From positions 15,192 to 79,191 of the forward strand of contig JAUSKK010000038.1 in assembly GCA_030649345.1 (NCBI GenBank): DNA of 64,000 nt. The letters run 5' to 3'. Below are positions 38,175 through 47,814 of this stretch, one piece after another (the first letter of the stretch is position 1; the number at the start of each line of letters is the position of its first letter). Below the pieces are notes generated by a model. It made no database searches. It was not told the DNA's origin and was given only the letters and a program-made list of their open reading frames with translations. The position numbers and the translations under genes are program-made. This stretch comes from Candidatus Iainarchaeum sp. Its GTDB lineage: Archaea; Iainarchaeota; Iainarchaeia; Iainarchaeales; 0-14-0-20-34-12.

Positions 38175-39109
38175 ATTCTGCGGATATTTTGAAAAAGCCT
38201 GTGAAAAAAACCAAGCTATTGATTATTGGTTCTCGGAGATACAAAAAATCTACTGTAAAGTCTTTGATTGAAGAAGGGAAAAAAGTATTTGATGCAGTGT
38301 TGTTTGTTCCAGTTCATAAAATTAAATTAATTATTGAAAAAAATGAAGTCAAACTTTTTTATAAAGAAAAAAATTTACTGGAATTTGCTGCCTGCTATCC
38401 TCGATTGAGTTCCAAAGATTATTATTCTGCTTTGCCGGTGCTGAAAGTCTTGGAAAATTCTAAAGTATATTGCCCAGTGAATATGCAAAACTTCATTGTT
38501 TCCAATCACAAATATTTTACCATTCGCGAACTGGCTAAAGCCAATATTCCGGTAGTGGAAAGTTCTTTGTTTATTTCTCCAGACTCCGTGAAAGAAGCTG
38601 TAGATGTTTTAGGTTATCCTGTGGTCATTAAATTGATCAGCGGATTTGCCGGAAAAGGAGTTATGTTAATTAAAGATCAAAAACAACTGGAATCTATTTT
38701 GGATACTGTTCATTTGTTTGAAGATTATGTGTCTGCCCAAAAATTTATTGCAGACAAACAAGGCGATGTTCGTTGTTATGTGATTGGAGAAAAAGTAATT
38801 GCTGTTGCACGGCAAGGAAAAGCTTCGGATTGGAGAGCTAATGTCAGCAGAGGCGGAACTGCGCATATCATTGAACCTTCGCTGGAATTAACTGAAATGG
38901 TTTTAACGGCAGCCAAGCTTTTTGCATTCGATATTTGTTCTGTAGACGTTATTGAAGATCCGTCTTCGCCAACCCATTATTCTGTTTTGGAAGTCAATTT
39001 TATGCCTGGCCCATTTACTTTGTTTTTAGGAAATATTATTCCCAAAGAAGTGGTTCAGTTTATGTATTCAAAAACCAGTGCTGGGAAACAAAAACTAAAA
39101 CAGACATAA
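38171..39109 (+). CDS. RimK-type ATP-grasp alpha-L-glutamate ligase family protein
   Basis: 312 aa. GYPVVIKLISGFAGKGVMLIK, DVRCYVIG, WRANVSRGG and SVLEVNFMPG, all canonical RimK/ATP-grasp motifs. Overlaps the upstream paralog by 4 nt. Confidence 0.75.
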   Translation: MNSADILKKPVKKTKLLIIGSRRYKKSTVKSLIEEGKKVFDAVLFVPVHKIKLIIEKNEVKLFYKEKNLLEFAACYPRLSSKDYYSALPVLKVLENSKVYCPVNMQNFIVSNHKYFTIRELAKANIPVVESSLFISPDSVKEAVDVLGYPVVIKLISGFAGKGVMLIKDQKQLESILDTVHLFEDYVSAQKFIADKQGDVRCYVIGEKVIAVARQGKASDWRANVSRGGTAHIIEPSLELTEMVLTAAKLFAFDICSVDVIEDPSSPTHYSVLEVNFMPGPFTLFLGNIIPKEVVQFMYSKTSAGKQKLKQT

Positions 39110-39220
39110 CTTGGTTTTTTTTGCAAAAATAAAAACAAACCTGAAATAGGCTTTTTCTTGCATTTGCATAGTTTTTTAAATTAATTTAGTATCAATTAAC
39201 TAATCATTTGGAGGCTTTAT

Positions 39221-39919
39221 ATGAATAAATCTTTTTTAACCGTTGGCTTATTGTTGGTCATAGCTTTGTTGGTATTTGGTTGCACGAATTCAACTACTTC
39301 AACTACTGGTTCTACTGGAACTGGTGTAAGCAATCCTTTGACTGCGTTTGCTCAAACATTTAGTAATCAAGCACCGGCTGGTTTTTCAATTACGTATAAT
39401 ATGAATTTAACTGGAACTCAAACAAGCAATTCTGTGTATGTTAGTCAAAATAAATTCAGAACAGACAGTACCTTTAATGGTGTTCAAACTCGAGTCATTG
39501 TCACGGATGCTATTGCTGCTGTATGCAATCAAGAAAATAGTGTATGGCAATGTGTTGAAACTCCTGCTACTCCAGAAGAAAAACTGCAAGTCTATAATTC
39601 AACTTCTTTAAATCAAGCACAATTGGATGAATTGAATAAATTCCAAATTACGGAAGCTCCTTCTAGAACTGTTTTAGGAATTGCTGCAAAATGTTTCAAT
39701 ATGTCTAGGACAGACGACAATGATACACCGGAAACAACCGATGACGAAACTGTTACAGGTTTAACGTGTTATCATCCGAATGCATTTGTAACCTTGTATT
39801 CTGAATTGAATACTTCACAAGGCAATTTAGTTCAGGAAGCAACTGCTGTAAGCTTAACTGCTCCAGCAGATTCAGAATTTGCTTTGCCAGCTGCATTAAC
39901 CAGCCAGCCAACGGAATAG
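39221..39919 (+). CDS. Secreted Thr/Ser-rich lipoprotein-like protein
   Basis: 232 aa. Signal peptide with a lipobox-like LVFGC. The C-terminal part is paralogous to the 41493 ORF (AAKCF…LTCYHP vs QAKCY…EFCFHP). Confidence 0.5.
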   Translation: MNKSFLTVGLLLVIALLVFGCTNSTTSTTGSTGTGVSNPLTAFAQTFSNQAPAGFSITYNMNLTGTQTSNSVYVSQNKFRTDSTFNGVQTRVIVTDAIAAVCNQENSVWQCVETPATPEEKLQVYNSTSLNQAQLDELNKFQITEAPSRTVLGIAAKCFNMSRTDDNDTPETTDDETVTGLTCYHPNAFVTLYSELNTSQGNLVQEATAVSLTAPADSEFALPAALTSQPTE

Positions 39920-40101
39920 AATTAACTATTCAATAGAATTATTTGCAGTGGAACAGAATAAACTGTTCCTAGTTTTCTTTTTTTATTTTTTTAATTAATT
40001 TTTTGTTTTTTTAAAATTAGATTTTTGTTAATTGGAATTTGTTTTTATTTTTTAAGTTCTATTTTAAAAATTAGTTTTTTGAATTTTTAGTTTTTTGCGA
40101 A

Positions 40102-41373
40102 TTAAACTTTTTTAATTAATTGCATTCGTTCTGCTCCAATTCCAATTAATTTAATGGGAACATTTAATTCGTGTTCAATGAATTCAACATATTTGCGTGC
40201 ACTTTGCGGTAATTCGTAATAGTTTTTGATTTCATTTGCATTAAAGTCAAATCCAGGCAAAGTCAAATAATCGGGTTCGCATTTTCCTAATTCTTGAATG
40301 GTTGCAGGCAAATCATGCAGACAAGTTTCTCCTTTATGATAACCTGTGCAAATTTTAATTTCCTTTAATCCAGACAATACATCTAATTTGGTTAAAGCAA
40401 TTTCGCTGACATTGTTTAATCTTCTGGCAGTTCTTAATTGCACTAAATCTAACCATCCCACTCGTCTAGGTCTTCCAGTGGTTGTTCCAAATTCGTTTCC
40501 TTTGGTTCTAAGTTCTTCTTCTAAAGATCCGTTCATTTCTGTAATAAATGGTCCAGAACCAACTCGGGTTGTATAGGCTTTAGCTATTCCAATTACTTTA
40601 TCAATTACATTCGGGCCTAAACCTACTCCGACCAATGCATGCGCTGCCAAAGGATGAGAACTGGTCACAAACGGATAAGTTCCAAAGTCATTGTCTAAAA
40701 AAGTTCCTTGAGCGCCTTCAAATAAAATTTTTTTATTATTTCGCAAAGCATTATCTAACAATAAAGAAACATCTCCCATAAAAGGCTTGATTTTTTTTCC
40801 ATATTCGACATATTCTTTGAGTAAATCTTCTAATTTGAGTGTATCTTGGACACCATATACTTTTTCTAAAATTGCTTTTTTGGTTGGCAGAATTTCTTTT
40901 AATTTTTCTTCCAATCTTTTTTCGTCAATAATATCTTCAATTCGAATTCCTGTACGAGAAGCTTTGTCTGCATAACAAGGGCCAATGCCTCGTTTGGTGG
41001 TTCCAATATTTCCAACACCGCTTTTGGTTTCCACAACTTCATCTAAAAGAATATGGTACGGCATGATGACTTGCGCGCGAGGATCAATGACTGCATTGAT
41101 TGAATCGAAATTTTTTTGAGCAGTTTCAATTTCTTGAATTAGTCCTTGCGGATTAATGACCATGCCGGCTCCCAGCATGACTTGTTTTTTTTGAAGAATT
41201 CCAGAAGGAAGTAAATGAAACTTGTATACTTTGTCTCCAACCACTACAGTATGCCCTGCATTGTTTCCGCCTTGATAGCGTACCACAATATCGGCATCTT
41301 TAGCAATATGGTCGGCAATTTTTCCTTTGCCTTCATCGCCCCATTGCAGGCCTACAATAATCCAAGCTGACAA
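40102..41373 (-). CDS. purA: Adenylosuccinate synthetase
   Basis: 423 aa. N-terminal QWGDEGKGKI and GNNAGHTV motifs. Confidence 0.9.
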   Translation of the reverse strand: MSAWIIVGLQWGDEGKGKIADHIAKDADIVVRYQGGNNAGHTVVVGDKVYKFHLLPSGILQKKQVMLGAGMVINPQGLIQEIETAQKNFDSINAVIDPRAQVIMPYHILLDEVVETKSGVGNIGTTKRGIGPCYADKASRTGIRIEDIIDEKRLEEKLKEILPTKKAILEKVYGVQDTLKLEDLLKEYVEYGKKIKPFMGDVSLLLDNALRNNKKILFEGAQGTFLDNDFGTYPFVTSSHPLAAHALVGVGLGPNVIDKVIGIAKAYTTRVGSGPFITEMNGSLEEELRTKGNEFGTTTGRPRRVGWLDLVQLRTARRLNNVSEIALTKLDVLSGLKEIKICTGYHKGETCLHDLPATIQELGKCEPDYLTLPGFDFNANEIKNYYELPQSARKYVEFIEHELNVPIKLIGIGAERMQLIKKV

Positions 41374-41492
41374 ACAGGTTCCCTTCAGAATTTTAGTTCC
41401 AACTGGCTTTTAAAGCAAAGCGTTTTTTGTAAAGAAATCTTTTTAAAGAACAAATTCCTATATTTTGTATACTTTTTAATGGAGGTAATTCA

Positions 41493-42269
41493 ATGAATTT
41501 TAAATCAATTCTAATCATGGCTTTTGTTGCCTTGATTATTGCAGGATGTACTCAACCGCCTGCCAATGGTGGAACTGGAGCTAATGCAGGAACTGCAGGC
41601 AATGGTGCTGGTGCAGCCGGCGGAGCTAATGGAAATGGAGTAGCTCAAGAAATTAGTCAATTGGGAAGTGCTCCAACAGATTATTGTATAACGTATACTA
41701 CTGGAACAAATACTGAAGCCTATGGTGGCGGATCATTTGATGCAGTTGTTGAATATTGTTTAAAAGGAACTGACAAAGTTACCAATATAAGCTTTGGCGG
41801 CGGAACTCCTGGAACACCCGGTGCAGCTCCTGAAATTGTAATGACAAATTATTGTTTGCAAAATGGAACTGTAGCTAAGACTTGCGGTTCAGGTTATTGT
41901 TCGGATGATTCAAGCGGTTGTAGTGGAATGGAAGAACCTTTTGCTACTGCAAACTGGAATGAATCTGACTTAATGTATTACAAGAAAACAGCAGACCGAA
42001 CTGTTGCAGGTGTTCAAGCTAAATGTTATTCTGTGAATTTGAATGAATTAGCTCAACAAGCAGGAGCCAATATTGGCGGAGAAACATTGCCTGCTGGATC
42101 GGATCGAGTGGAATTTTGTTTCCATCCGCAATACAAACAATTTTTGTATTATGCTTTTGGTCCAACAACAGTACAAGTTACTAATTATGTAACTCCTGCG
42201 CCGGCCAGCAAATTTGTTTTGCCTGCAGATACTGGTGCAGTTGATCCGTACGGAACTCAAACAGGTTAA
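41493..42269 (+). CDS. Secreted Gly/Ala/Thr-rich lipoprotein-like protein; paralog of 39221–39919
   Basis: 258 aa. Signal peptide with IIAGC. Shared Cys-containing C-terminal motifs with the 39221 ORF. Confidence 0.5.
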   Translation: MNFKSILIMAFVALIIAGCTQPPANGGTGANAGTAGNGAGAAGGANGNGVAQEISQLGSAPTDYCITYTTGTNTEAYGGGSFDAVVEYCLKGTDKVTNISFGGGTPGTPGAAPEIVMTNYCLQNGTVAKTCGSGYCSDDSSGCSGMEEPFATANWNESDLMYYKKTADRTVAGVQAKCYSVNLNELAQQAGANIGGETLPAGSDRVEFCFHPQYKQFLYYAFGPTTVQVTNYVTPAPASKFVLPADTGAVDPYGTQTG

Positions 42270-42277
42270 ATAGTTTA

Positions 42278-42320
42278 GAGAAAAGAGCTTTGGCTCTTTT
42301 CTTTCTCTTTTATTTTTTTA
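42278..42320 (+). terminator. Hairpin followed by a T-rich tract downstream of the 41493–42269 gene
   Basis: gagaaaagagc-tttg-gctcttttctc stem-loop (about 10 bp), then ttttatttttttt. Confidence 0.45.
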
Positions 42321-42356
42321 AATACTCTTTTAAATTCTTCTATTCCCTAAGGTTTT

Positions 42357-43784
42357 ATGTTGCGTGCCTTAACTTTTGATGATGTTCTTCTTCTGCCGCA
42401 AAAATCTGATATTTTACCCAAAGATGTTTCTTTGCGCACTAAATTAACGAATAATCTTGAACTCAATATTCCATTAATTACTGCTGCCATGGATACTGTG
42501 ACTGAAGCCAAGACTGCGATTGCGATCGCCAAGCAAGGTGGAATTGGAATTATTCACAAAAATATGAGCATTGAAGCTCAAGCTGAACAAGTGGCTAAAG
42601 TAAAAAGGTCCGAAGCATTGATTGTAGAAAATCCAGTGACTGTTGCTCCCAATCAAACTTTGGCTGATTTATGGTTTATTAAAAAATCTCAAGGAATTTC
42701 TAGTTTTCCGGTAGTTCAAAATGGAAAATTAGTTGGCTTGGTTACCAATCGAGATATTCGTTTTGAAAGCAATGGTTTGAAAAAAGTTTCTGAAATGATG
42801 ACTAAAGATTTAGTTACTGTAAATAAAAAAGTTGGAGCCAGTGAAGCGATTGAAATTTTACGCAAAAATAAAGTAGAAAAATTGCCCATTGTAGACAAGC
42901 AAGGAAAATTGCAGGGATTAATTACCAGTACAGATATTTTAAAGAAACAAAAATATCCAAATACTTTGACAGACCATCAAGGAAAATTACGCGTTGGAGC
43001 TGCCATTGGTCCAAAGGATTTTGACAGAATTGAAAAACTAATTTCTGCTGGAGTAGATGTAATTGTTTTAGACACTGCGCATGGTCATTCTTTGAATGTG
43101 ATTAATGGAATTAAAAAAATTAAAAAAGAATTTCAAATTGAATTAATTGCAGGAAATGTTGGAACTGCTCAAGGGGCTAAAGATTTATTGAATGCTGGCG
43201 CGGATGCTATTAAGGTAGGAATTGGCCCGGGCGTAATTTGCACTACTAGAATTATTACTGGCTGTGGTGTTCCGCAGTTAAGTGCAGTGCAGGCTTGTGT
43301 GAAAGCTGTAGGTGAAGATATTCCTGTTATTTCAGACGGTGGAATTCGTTATTCGGGTGATATTGTAAAAGCTTTGGCTGCTGGTGCTTCGAGTGTAATG
43401 ATTGGTTCTTTGTTTGCTGGCTGTGATGAAACTCCAGGTAAACTAATTTATTTAAACAATCGAAAATTCAAACAATACAGGGGCATGGGTTCCCTGGGGG
43501 CAATGATCGAAGGTTCCAAGGATAGGTATATGCAAGCTGATGTTATGGATAAAGACAAATTAGTTCCAGAAGGAGTAGAAGGAATTGTTCCATTTAAGGG
43601 AACTGTGGCTGAAGTATGTTTTCAGTTATTGGGCGGCTTAAAAGCCGGAATGGGAATGCAGGGTGCCAAAAATATTGCAGTATTGCAAAAAAATGCAGAA
43701 TTTATAGAATTAACTTTTGCCGGATTAAAAGAAAGCCATCCGCATGATATCAAAATCACAGAAGAAGCACCGAATTACTCGTAA
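42357..43784 (+). CDS. guaB: IMP dehydrogenase (with a CBS pair)
   Basis: 475 aa. Motifs [21 protein letters not shown] and [20 protein letters not shown]-domain insert present. Confidence 0.9.
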   Translation: MLRALTFDDVLLLPQKSDILPKDVSLRTKLTNNLELNIPLITAAMDTVTEAKTAIAIAKQGGIGIIHKNMSIEAQAEQVAKVKRSEALIVENPVTVAPNQTLADLWFIKKSQGISSFPVVQNGKLVGLVTNRDIRFESNGLKKVSEMMTKDLVTVNKKVGASEAIEILRKNKVEKLPIVDKQGKLQGLITSTDILKKQKYPNTLTDHQGKLRVGAAIGPKDFDRIEKLISAGVDVIVLDTAHGHSLNVINGIKKIKKEFQIELIAGNVGTAQGAKDLLNAGADAIKVGIGPGVICTTRIITGCGVPQLSAVQACVKAVGEDIPVISDGGIRYSGDIVKALAAGASSVMIGSLFAGCDETPGKLIYLNNRKFKQYRGMGSLGAMIEGSKDRYMQADVMDKDKLVPEGVEGIVPFKGTVAEVCFQLLGGLKAGMGMQGAKNIAVLQKNAEFIELTFAGLKESHPHDIKITEEAPNYS

Positions 43785-43792
43785 ATTTTTTA

Positions 43793-44992
43793 ATGTTTAT
43801 GTCTTTTTCAAAAATTGAGTCTGCAGTCAAAGATTTGAAAGTTGGAAAAATTATTATTGTTGTAGACGACAAAAATAGAGAAAACGAAGGAGACTTTGTT
43901 TGCTCGGGCCAGAAAATTTCTCATCAAAAAATTAATTTCATGATCCAGCATGGCCGCGGTTTGGTGTGTGCTCCAGTTTCTGAACAAATTGCTTCTCAGT
44001 TTAATTTATTTTTAATGACCAATCCAAGAGATTCCATGCATACCCGTTTTACAGTTTCCATTGATTTAAAACAAGGCACCAGTACAGGAATTTCTGCAGA
44101 TGATAGATCTAAAACCATTCAAGCTTTATGCAATACTTCCTTAAATGAGCAGGCTTTTTCTAAACCAGGCCATGTGTTTCCTTTAATCGCACGACCTGGA
44201 GGAGTACTTCAACGAGCCGGTCATACTGAAGCTTCGATTGATTTATTAAAATTAGCTGGCTTGAAAGAGGTTGGAGTTATTTGTGAAATTATTAAAGATG
44301 ACGGAAAGATGGCCCGCTTGCCTTTTTTGAAAAAATTTGCATTAAAACATAAACTGAAAATTATTTCCATTGAAGACTTAATTCAATACAGGCTGTCTCA
44401 AGAACGTTTAGTGGAAAAAGTGATTACGACTACTTTGCCAACTGAATTCGGCGAATTTCGAGCCATTGGTTTTCGAGACACTGTCATGAACGGACAATAT
44501 TTGGTTTTAGCTAAAGGCAGTCCAGAAAATAAAAAAAATGTATTGGTTCGCGTTCATTCAGGCTGCATGACTGGTGATGTTTTTTTTTCCAAGAAATGCG
44601 ATTGCCGGGAACAATTAACTGAAGCCATGAAACGAATTCAAAAAGAAGGTCAAGGAATTATTTTATATATTGCTCAACACGAAGGCCGAGGAATTGGTTT
44701 ATTGAATAAATTAAAAGCCTATTCTTTGCAAGAACAAGGCTATGATACTGTGGAAGCCAATCAAGAATTGGGATTCAAAGCAGATATGCGGGAATATGGA
44801 ATTGGAGCCCAGATTTTACGTGAGCTAGGCTTAACGTCCATTCGTTTGCTTTCGAATAATCCGAAGAAAATCATTGGCTTGAATGCCTATGGTTTAAAGA
44901 TTGTAAAACAAATTCCATTAACCATTAAGCCCAATAAATACAATGCCAATTATTTGAAAACCAAGAAAACCAAATTAGGGCATTTGATGTAA
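43793..44992 (+). CDS. ribBA: Bifunctional DHBP synthase / GTP cyclohydrolase II
   Basis: 399 aa. The RibB N-terminus (DDKNRENEGDFV) and the RibA C-terminus (CDCREQL, GRGIGLLNKL) are both present. Confidence 0.85.
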   Translation: MFMSFSKIESAVKDLKVGKIIIVVDDKNRENEGDFVCSGQKISHQKINFMIQHGRGLVCAPVSEQIASQFNLFLMTNPRDSMHTRFTVSIDLKQGTSTGISADDRSKTIQALCNTSLNEQAFSKPGHVFPLIARPGGVLQRAGHTEASIDLLKLAGLKEVGVICEIIKDDGKMARLPFLKKFALKHKLKIISIEDLIQYRLSQERLVEKVITTTLPTEFGEFRAIGFRDTVMNGQYLVLAKGSPENKKNVLVRVHSGCMTGDVFFSKKCDCREQLTEAMKRIQKEGQGIILYIAQHEGRGIGLLNKLKAYSLQEQGYDTVEANQELGFKADMREYGIGAQILRELGLTSIRLLSNNPKKIIGLNAYGLKIVKQIPLTIKPNKYNANYLKTKKTKLGHLM

Positions 44993-45078
44993 TGCTTTTT
45001 TTTTAAATAACCTAATTTTAGATATATTTATATATTTAGGTGACGTAAATATGTAATTAAGTGGTGTAAGGTGGTTTT

Positions 45079-45324
45079 ATGAAAGGCAGTGTGATTACTA
45101 TTGCAATTAGCAAAGAGAGTGAGAAATTGTTGAGAACATTGGCCAGTGAAGAATTTGGCCATGAAAAAGGTGCATTGGGTAAAACAGTAAGTATGGCTAT
45201 TCATTCTTTGATGGAAAAGAAAAAAAGAAAAATTGCTTCGGATGCACTTTTGGCTGATATGGCAAAAGGTTTTCATGGCGGTGGATTTAATGGGTGGAAA
45301 AATCGAAATGAAATTTACGACTAA
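45079..45324 (+). CDS. Putative antitoxin (VapB-like) of the downstream PIN toxin
   Basis: 81-aa ORF overlapping the PIN gene start by 17 nt. Preceded by a TATA-like tttatatat. Confidence 0.45.
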   Translation: MKGSVITIAISKESEKLLRTLASEEFGHEKGALGKTVSMAIHSLMEKKKRKIASDALLADMAKGFHGGGFNGWKNRNEIYD

Positions 45325-45742
45325 AGTTTTGTTAGATACCAATATTTTGATATATGCTTACGAACAAGATAACCTGGTAAAATGTTCAATTGCCCGCAAG
45401 TGTATTGAAGAAATATCCAGCACAAATGAAATGATTTTATCTATTCAAAATTTGGCTGAGTTTTCCCGGGTTGCTAAAGAAAAACTTAAAAGTCCTCTTT
45501 CTTCTTCTGAAATAAAGTCTCATTTAAAGATCTTTGAAAAAAGTTTTACAATTATTTATTATTCGTCCAGTTCTATTGAAGTTGCGCTTGAACTCGTGGA
45601 CAAGTACGGAATCCATTTTTTTGATGCTTTATTAACTGCAACGATGAAAGAAAATGGAATTAACACAATCTTAACTGAAAATGAAAAAGATTTTAACAAA
45701 ATTCCTTGGCTGAACGTAGTTAATCCGTTTAAGCGTGCATAG
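45308..45742 (+). CDS. vapC: VapC-like PIN-domain toxin
   Basis: N-terminus MKFTTKVLLDTNILIYAYEQD and downstream acidic residues (FFDALL). Start at ATG 45308. Confidence 0.65.
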   Translation: MKFTTKVLLDTNILIYAYEQDNLVKCSIARKCIEEISSTNEMILSIQNLAEFSRVAKEKLKSPLSSSEIKSHLKIFEKSFTIIYYSSSSIEVALELVDKYGIHFFDALLTATMKENGINTILTENEKDFNKIPWLNVVNPFKRA

Positions 45743-46379
45743 TCTTTTTATAGTTCAAATTCATTCTTTTATTATGCCTATTCCATCTAAGCGAATTCAA
45801 ATATTGCTAGCTACTCCAGATTCTAAGCTTTCTGAATTTGAATTAAAAGTAAAAAAAGCGCAATTGGATGCTTTAACTCGTTTGGCCGAACATCGCATTC
45901 ATAAACGGCCTTTTTTTCAAGGAAAGTCTCTTGCAGATTTTTCAGTAATGCATACGCCTGAATTTGAGAAAGATTCTTTACTATTTTTTTCTGCCCAAAT
46001 AGCTATGGTTCATGCAATGCATTGGTATTCGGATAACGGAAAAAAGCTTTTGACTATGGATCATTTTCGCGATTTATTTGCTTTTGCAGCTCACGCCTAT
46101 CATCCTGCTTTGGTGGAAGTTTTTCCGCGAAGATTTTTACGGTATGCTGAAGAGAATAATTTAAAGGTTCTTCCGTTGAAGCGTTTGCAAATCATGGCTG
46201 CGCGAGGTTTAACGCGAGAACTTTCCGGACTATTAGCTCATGCTGCTGGATTAAATCCACGAGATGTTTTATTTAGGTTTACTGGGTTTCCTTCAATTAT
46301 TCATTCTCCGGGCACGCGTAAGTCTAGAGTAAAACTTAAACCTAGAATAAATTTACGGAAAAAGCCTAAGCCAAAATAA
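45735..46379 (+). CDS. Hypothetical protein with a Lys/Pro-rich C-terminal tail; tandem paralog of 46420–47028
   Basis: WYSDNGKKLLTMDHFRDLFAFAAHAY aligns with WRTNNGRKVLETRVAQDLILFAKSKY in the next ORF. The C-terminus is KLKPRINLRKKPKPK. Confidence 0.45.
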   Translation: MHSLFIVQIHSFIMPIPSKRIQILLATPDSKLSEFELKVKKAQLDALTRLAEHRIHKRPFFQGKSLADFSVMHTPEFEKDSLLFFSAQIAMVHAMHWYSDNGKKLLTMDHFRDLFAFAAHAYHPALVEVFPRRFLRYAEENNLKVLPLKRLQIMAARGLTRELSGLLAHAAGLNPRDVLFRFTGFPSIIHSPGTRKSRVKLKPRINLRKKPKPK

Positions 46380-46419
46380 TTTCAGAAGATTTAAATTGAA
46401 GTTTGATGTATTCTTTTAA

Positions 46420-47028
46420 ATGCCGGATTCTTTTATTCCTTTAGCTCAGTTGTTGAAAACGCCTGATCGTGATTTGGAGCCTTTGGCTGTTGTAGCCAAG
46501 CATTCTCAATTTCAATTATTCACTGCTTTGAAGTTATTTCGCACAGGTAACTTGAACGGAAGTATTGGAAAAGGAAAGCAAAGAATTCCTTCCAATGCTG
46601 AATTATTTGTTTTAGAAAGCAGATTAAACATAATTGCTGAAGATGCTTTGGCTTCTGTTTTATTGTGGCGAACCAATAATGGAAGAAAAGTTTTGGAAAC
46701 ACGAGTAGCTCAAGATTTAATTTTGTTTGCAAAATCCAAATATCCTTTGGGTTTTGTTCAAAAACTAGCCAGGCATTTTGAGCATGCAATTGAAAAACAC
46801 GAAATTGCTGTTCGCGAACCTGACTTTGTAGACGCATTGTTAAGGGATCCTAGAGAGCGCGCAATTCGAATTGGGCAAGCGCATTCTGATCGATTTGTTG
46901 CTCGTGAGATTGCACAACGTTCTAAGCCTAGACCTAAACCTAAGCCAAGAATTCCAAAAAAACCAAAAAAGACAAATGCGTGGTCTGTTGTAAGAAATAA
47001 GTTTCGTTTTAAGTCTAGGCCTAAATAA
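46420..47028 (+). CDS. Hypothetical protein with a Lys/Pro-rich C-terminal tail; tandem paralog of 45735–46379
   Basis: See the paralog above. C-terminus SKPRPKPKPRIPKKPKK. Confidence 0.45.
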   Translation: MPDSFIPLAQLLKTPDRDLEPLAVVAKHSQFQLFTALKLFRTGNLNGSIGKGKQRIPSNAELFVLESRLNIIAEDALASVLLWRTNNGRKVLETRVAQDLILFAKSKYPLGFVQKLARHFEHAIEKHEIAVREPDFVDALLRDPRERAIRIGQAHSDRFVAREIAQRSKPRPKPKPRIPKKPKKTNAWSVVRNKFRFKSRPK

Positions 47029-47065
47029 TTCTTTAAAAAACCTTAAATACTAGTTTTGGTCTTGT

Positions 47066-47647
47066 TTGTTGGATCTTATGGTTTTGAATAAATTTTATGA
47101 CCGCTATGTAATGACTAACAATCTCAACTACAAGAACAATAATTTTTATTTATTAAAAACTCCGTTTGTAATGCTGCCAGTTGAATTATTGGGCGCCATG
47201 CTTAGAAACGAAGAAGCTCCGTACGTTCAGTCTTTGTATTATTGGGTGAAACATTCTACGTTTAATAATTTAACCAAAGAATTTTTGACTGGAAGTGATT
47301 TGAATTCTAAAAAGGTTTTGGATTTTTTTGAAACTTATTTTTCGGCTTCTGGTTTTGGTTTATTGCAGAATGTGGATTTAGATTTAGAACACAAGCATGC
47401 CATTGTTGTTTTAGTCAATAATCCCTTGCAAGGCAGATTAAATTTTGTTTCCCAGCTGCCTTTGGATCATTTTATGCGCGGAGTCTTAGCTGGATTATTT
47501 TCTAAATCTTTGAATTCAAATGTAGACTGTTTAGAAACTCAATGTTCTGTGTTTAACAAATTTAATGCCTGCAGGTTTGTAATTAAGCCTTTGAATGAAT
47601 TTGATTTTCAAAATCCTGAAGTTCGAAGACAAATATTTATTCAGTAA
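47066..47647 (+). CDS. Hypothetical protein
   Basis: 193-aa ORF with no recognisable motif. Confidence 0.4.
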   Translation: MLDLMVLNKFYDRYVMTNNLNYKNNNFYLLKTPFVMLPVELLGAMLRNEEAPYVQSLYYWVKHSTFNNLTKEFLTGSDLNSKKVLDFFETYFSASGFGLLQNVDLDLEHKHAIVVLVNNPLQGRLNFVSQLPLDHFMRGVLAGLFSKSLNSNVDCLETQCSVFNKFNACRFVIKPLNEFDFQNPEVRRQIFIQ

Positions 47648-47814
47648 TTCAAGTTTTACTTGGTTTATTGATTCCTAGGCTAAAGTAATGCGTTCGGTTT
47701 TCTTCTTTTTACTTCATTTTTTTCGGCATTTGTCCAATTACCGGTGCCCTTTTTATATTCTTTAGTGAAGAATACAATATAGTATTTTGGGTTAGTTTTA
47801 GTGGGGGCAATTGT

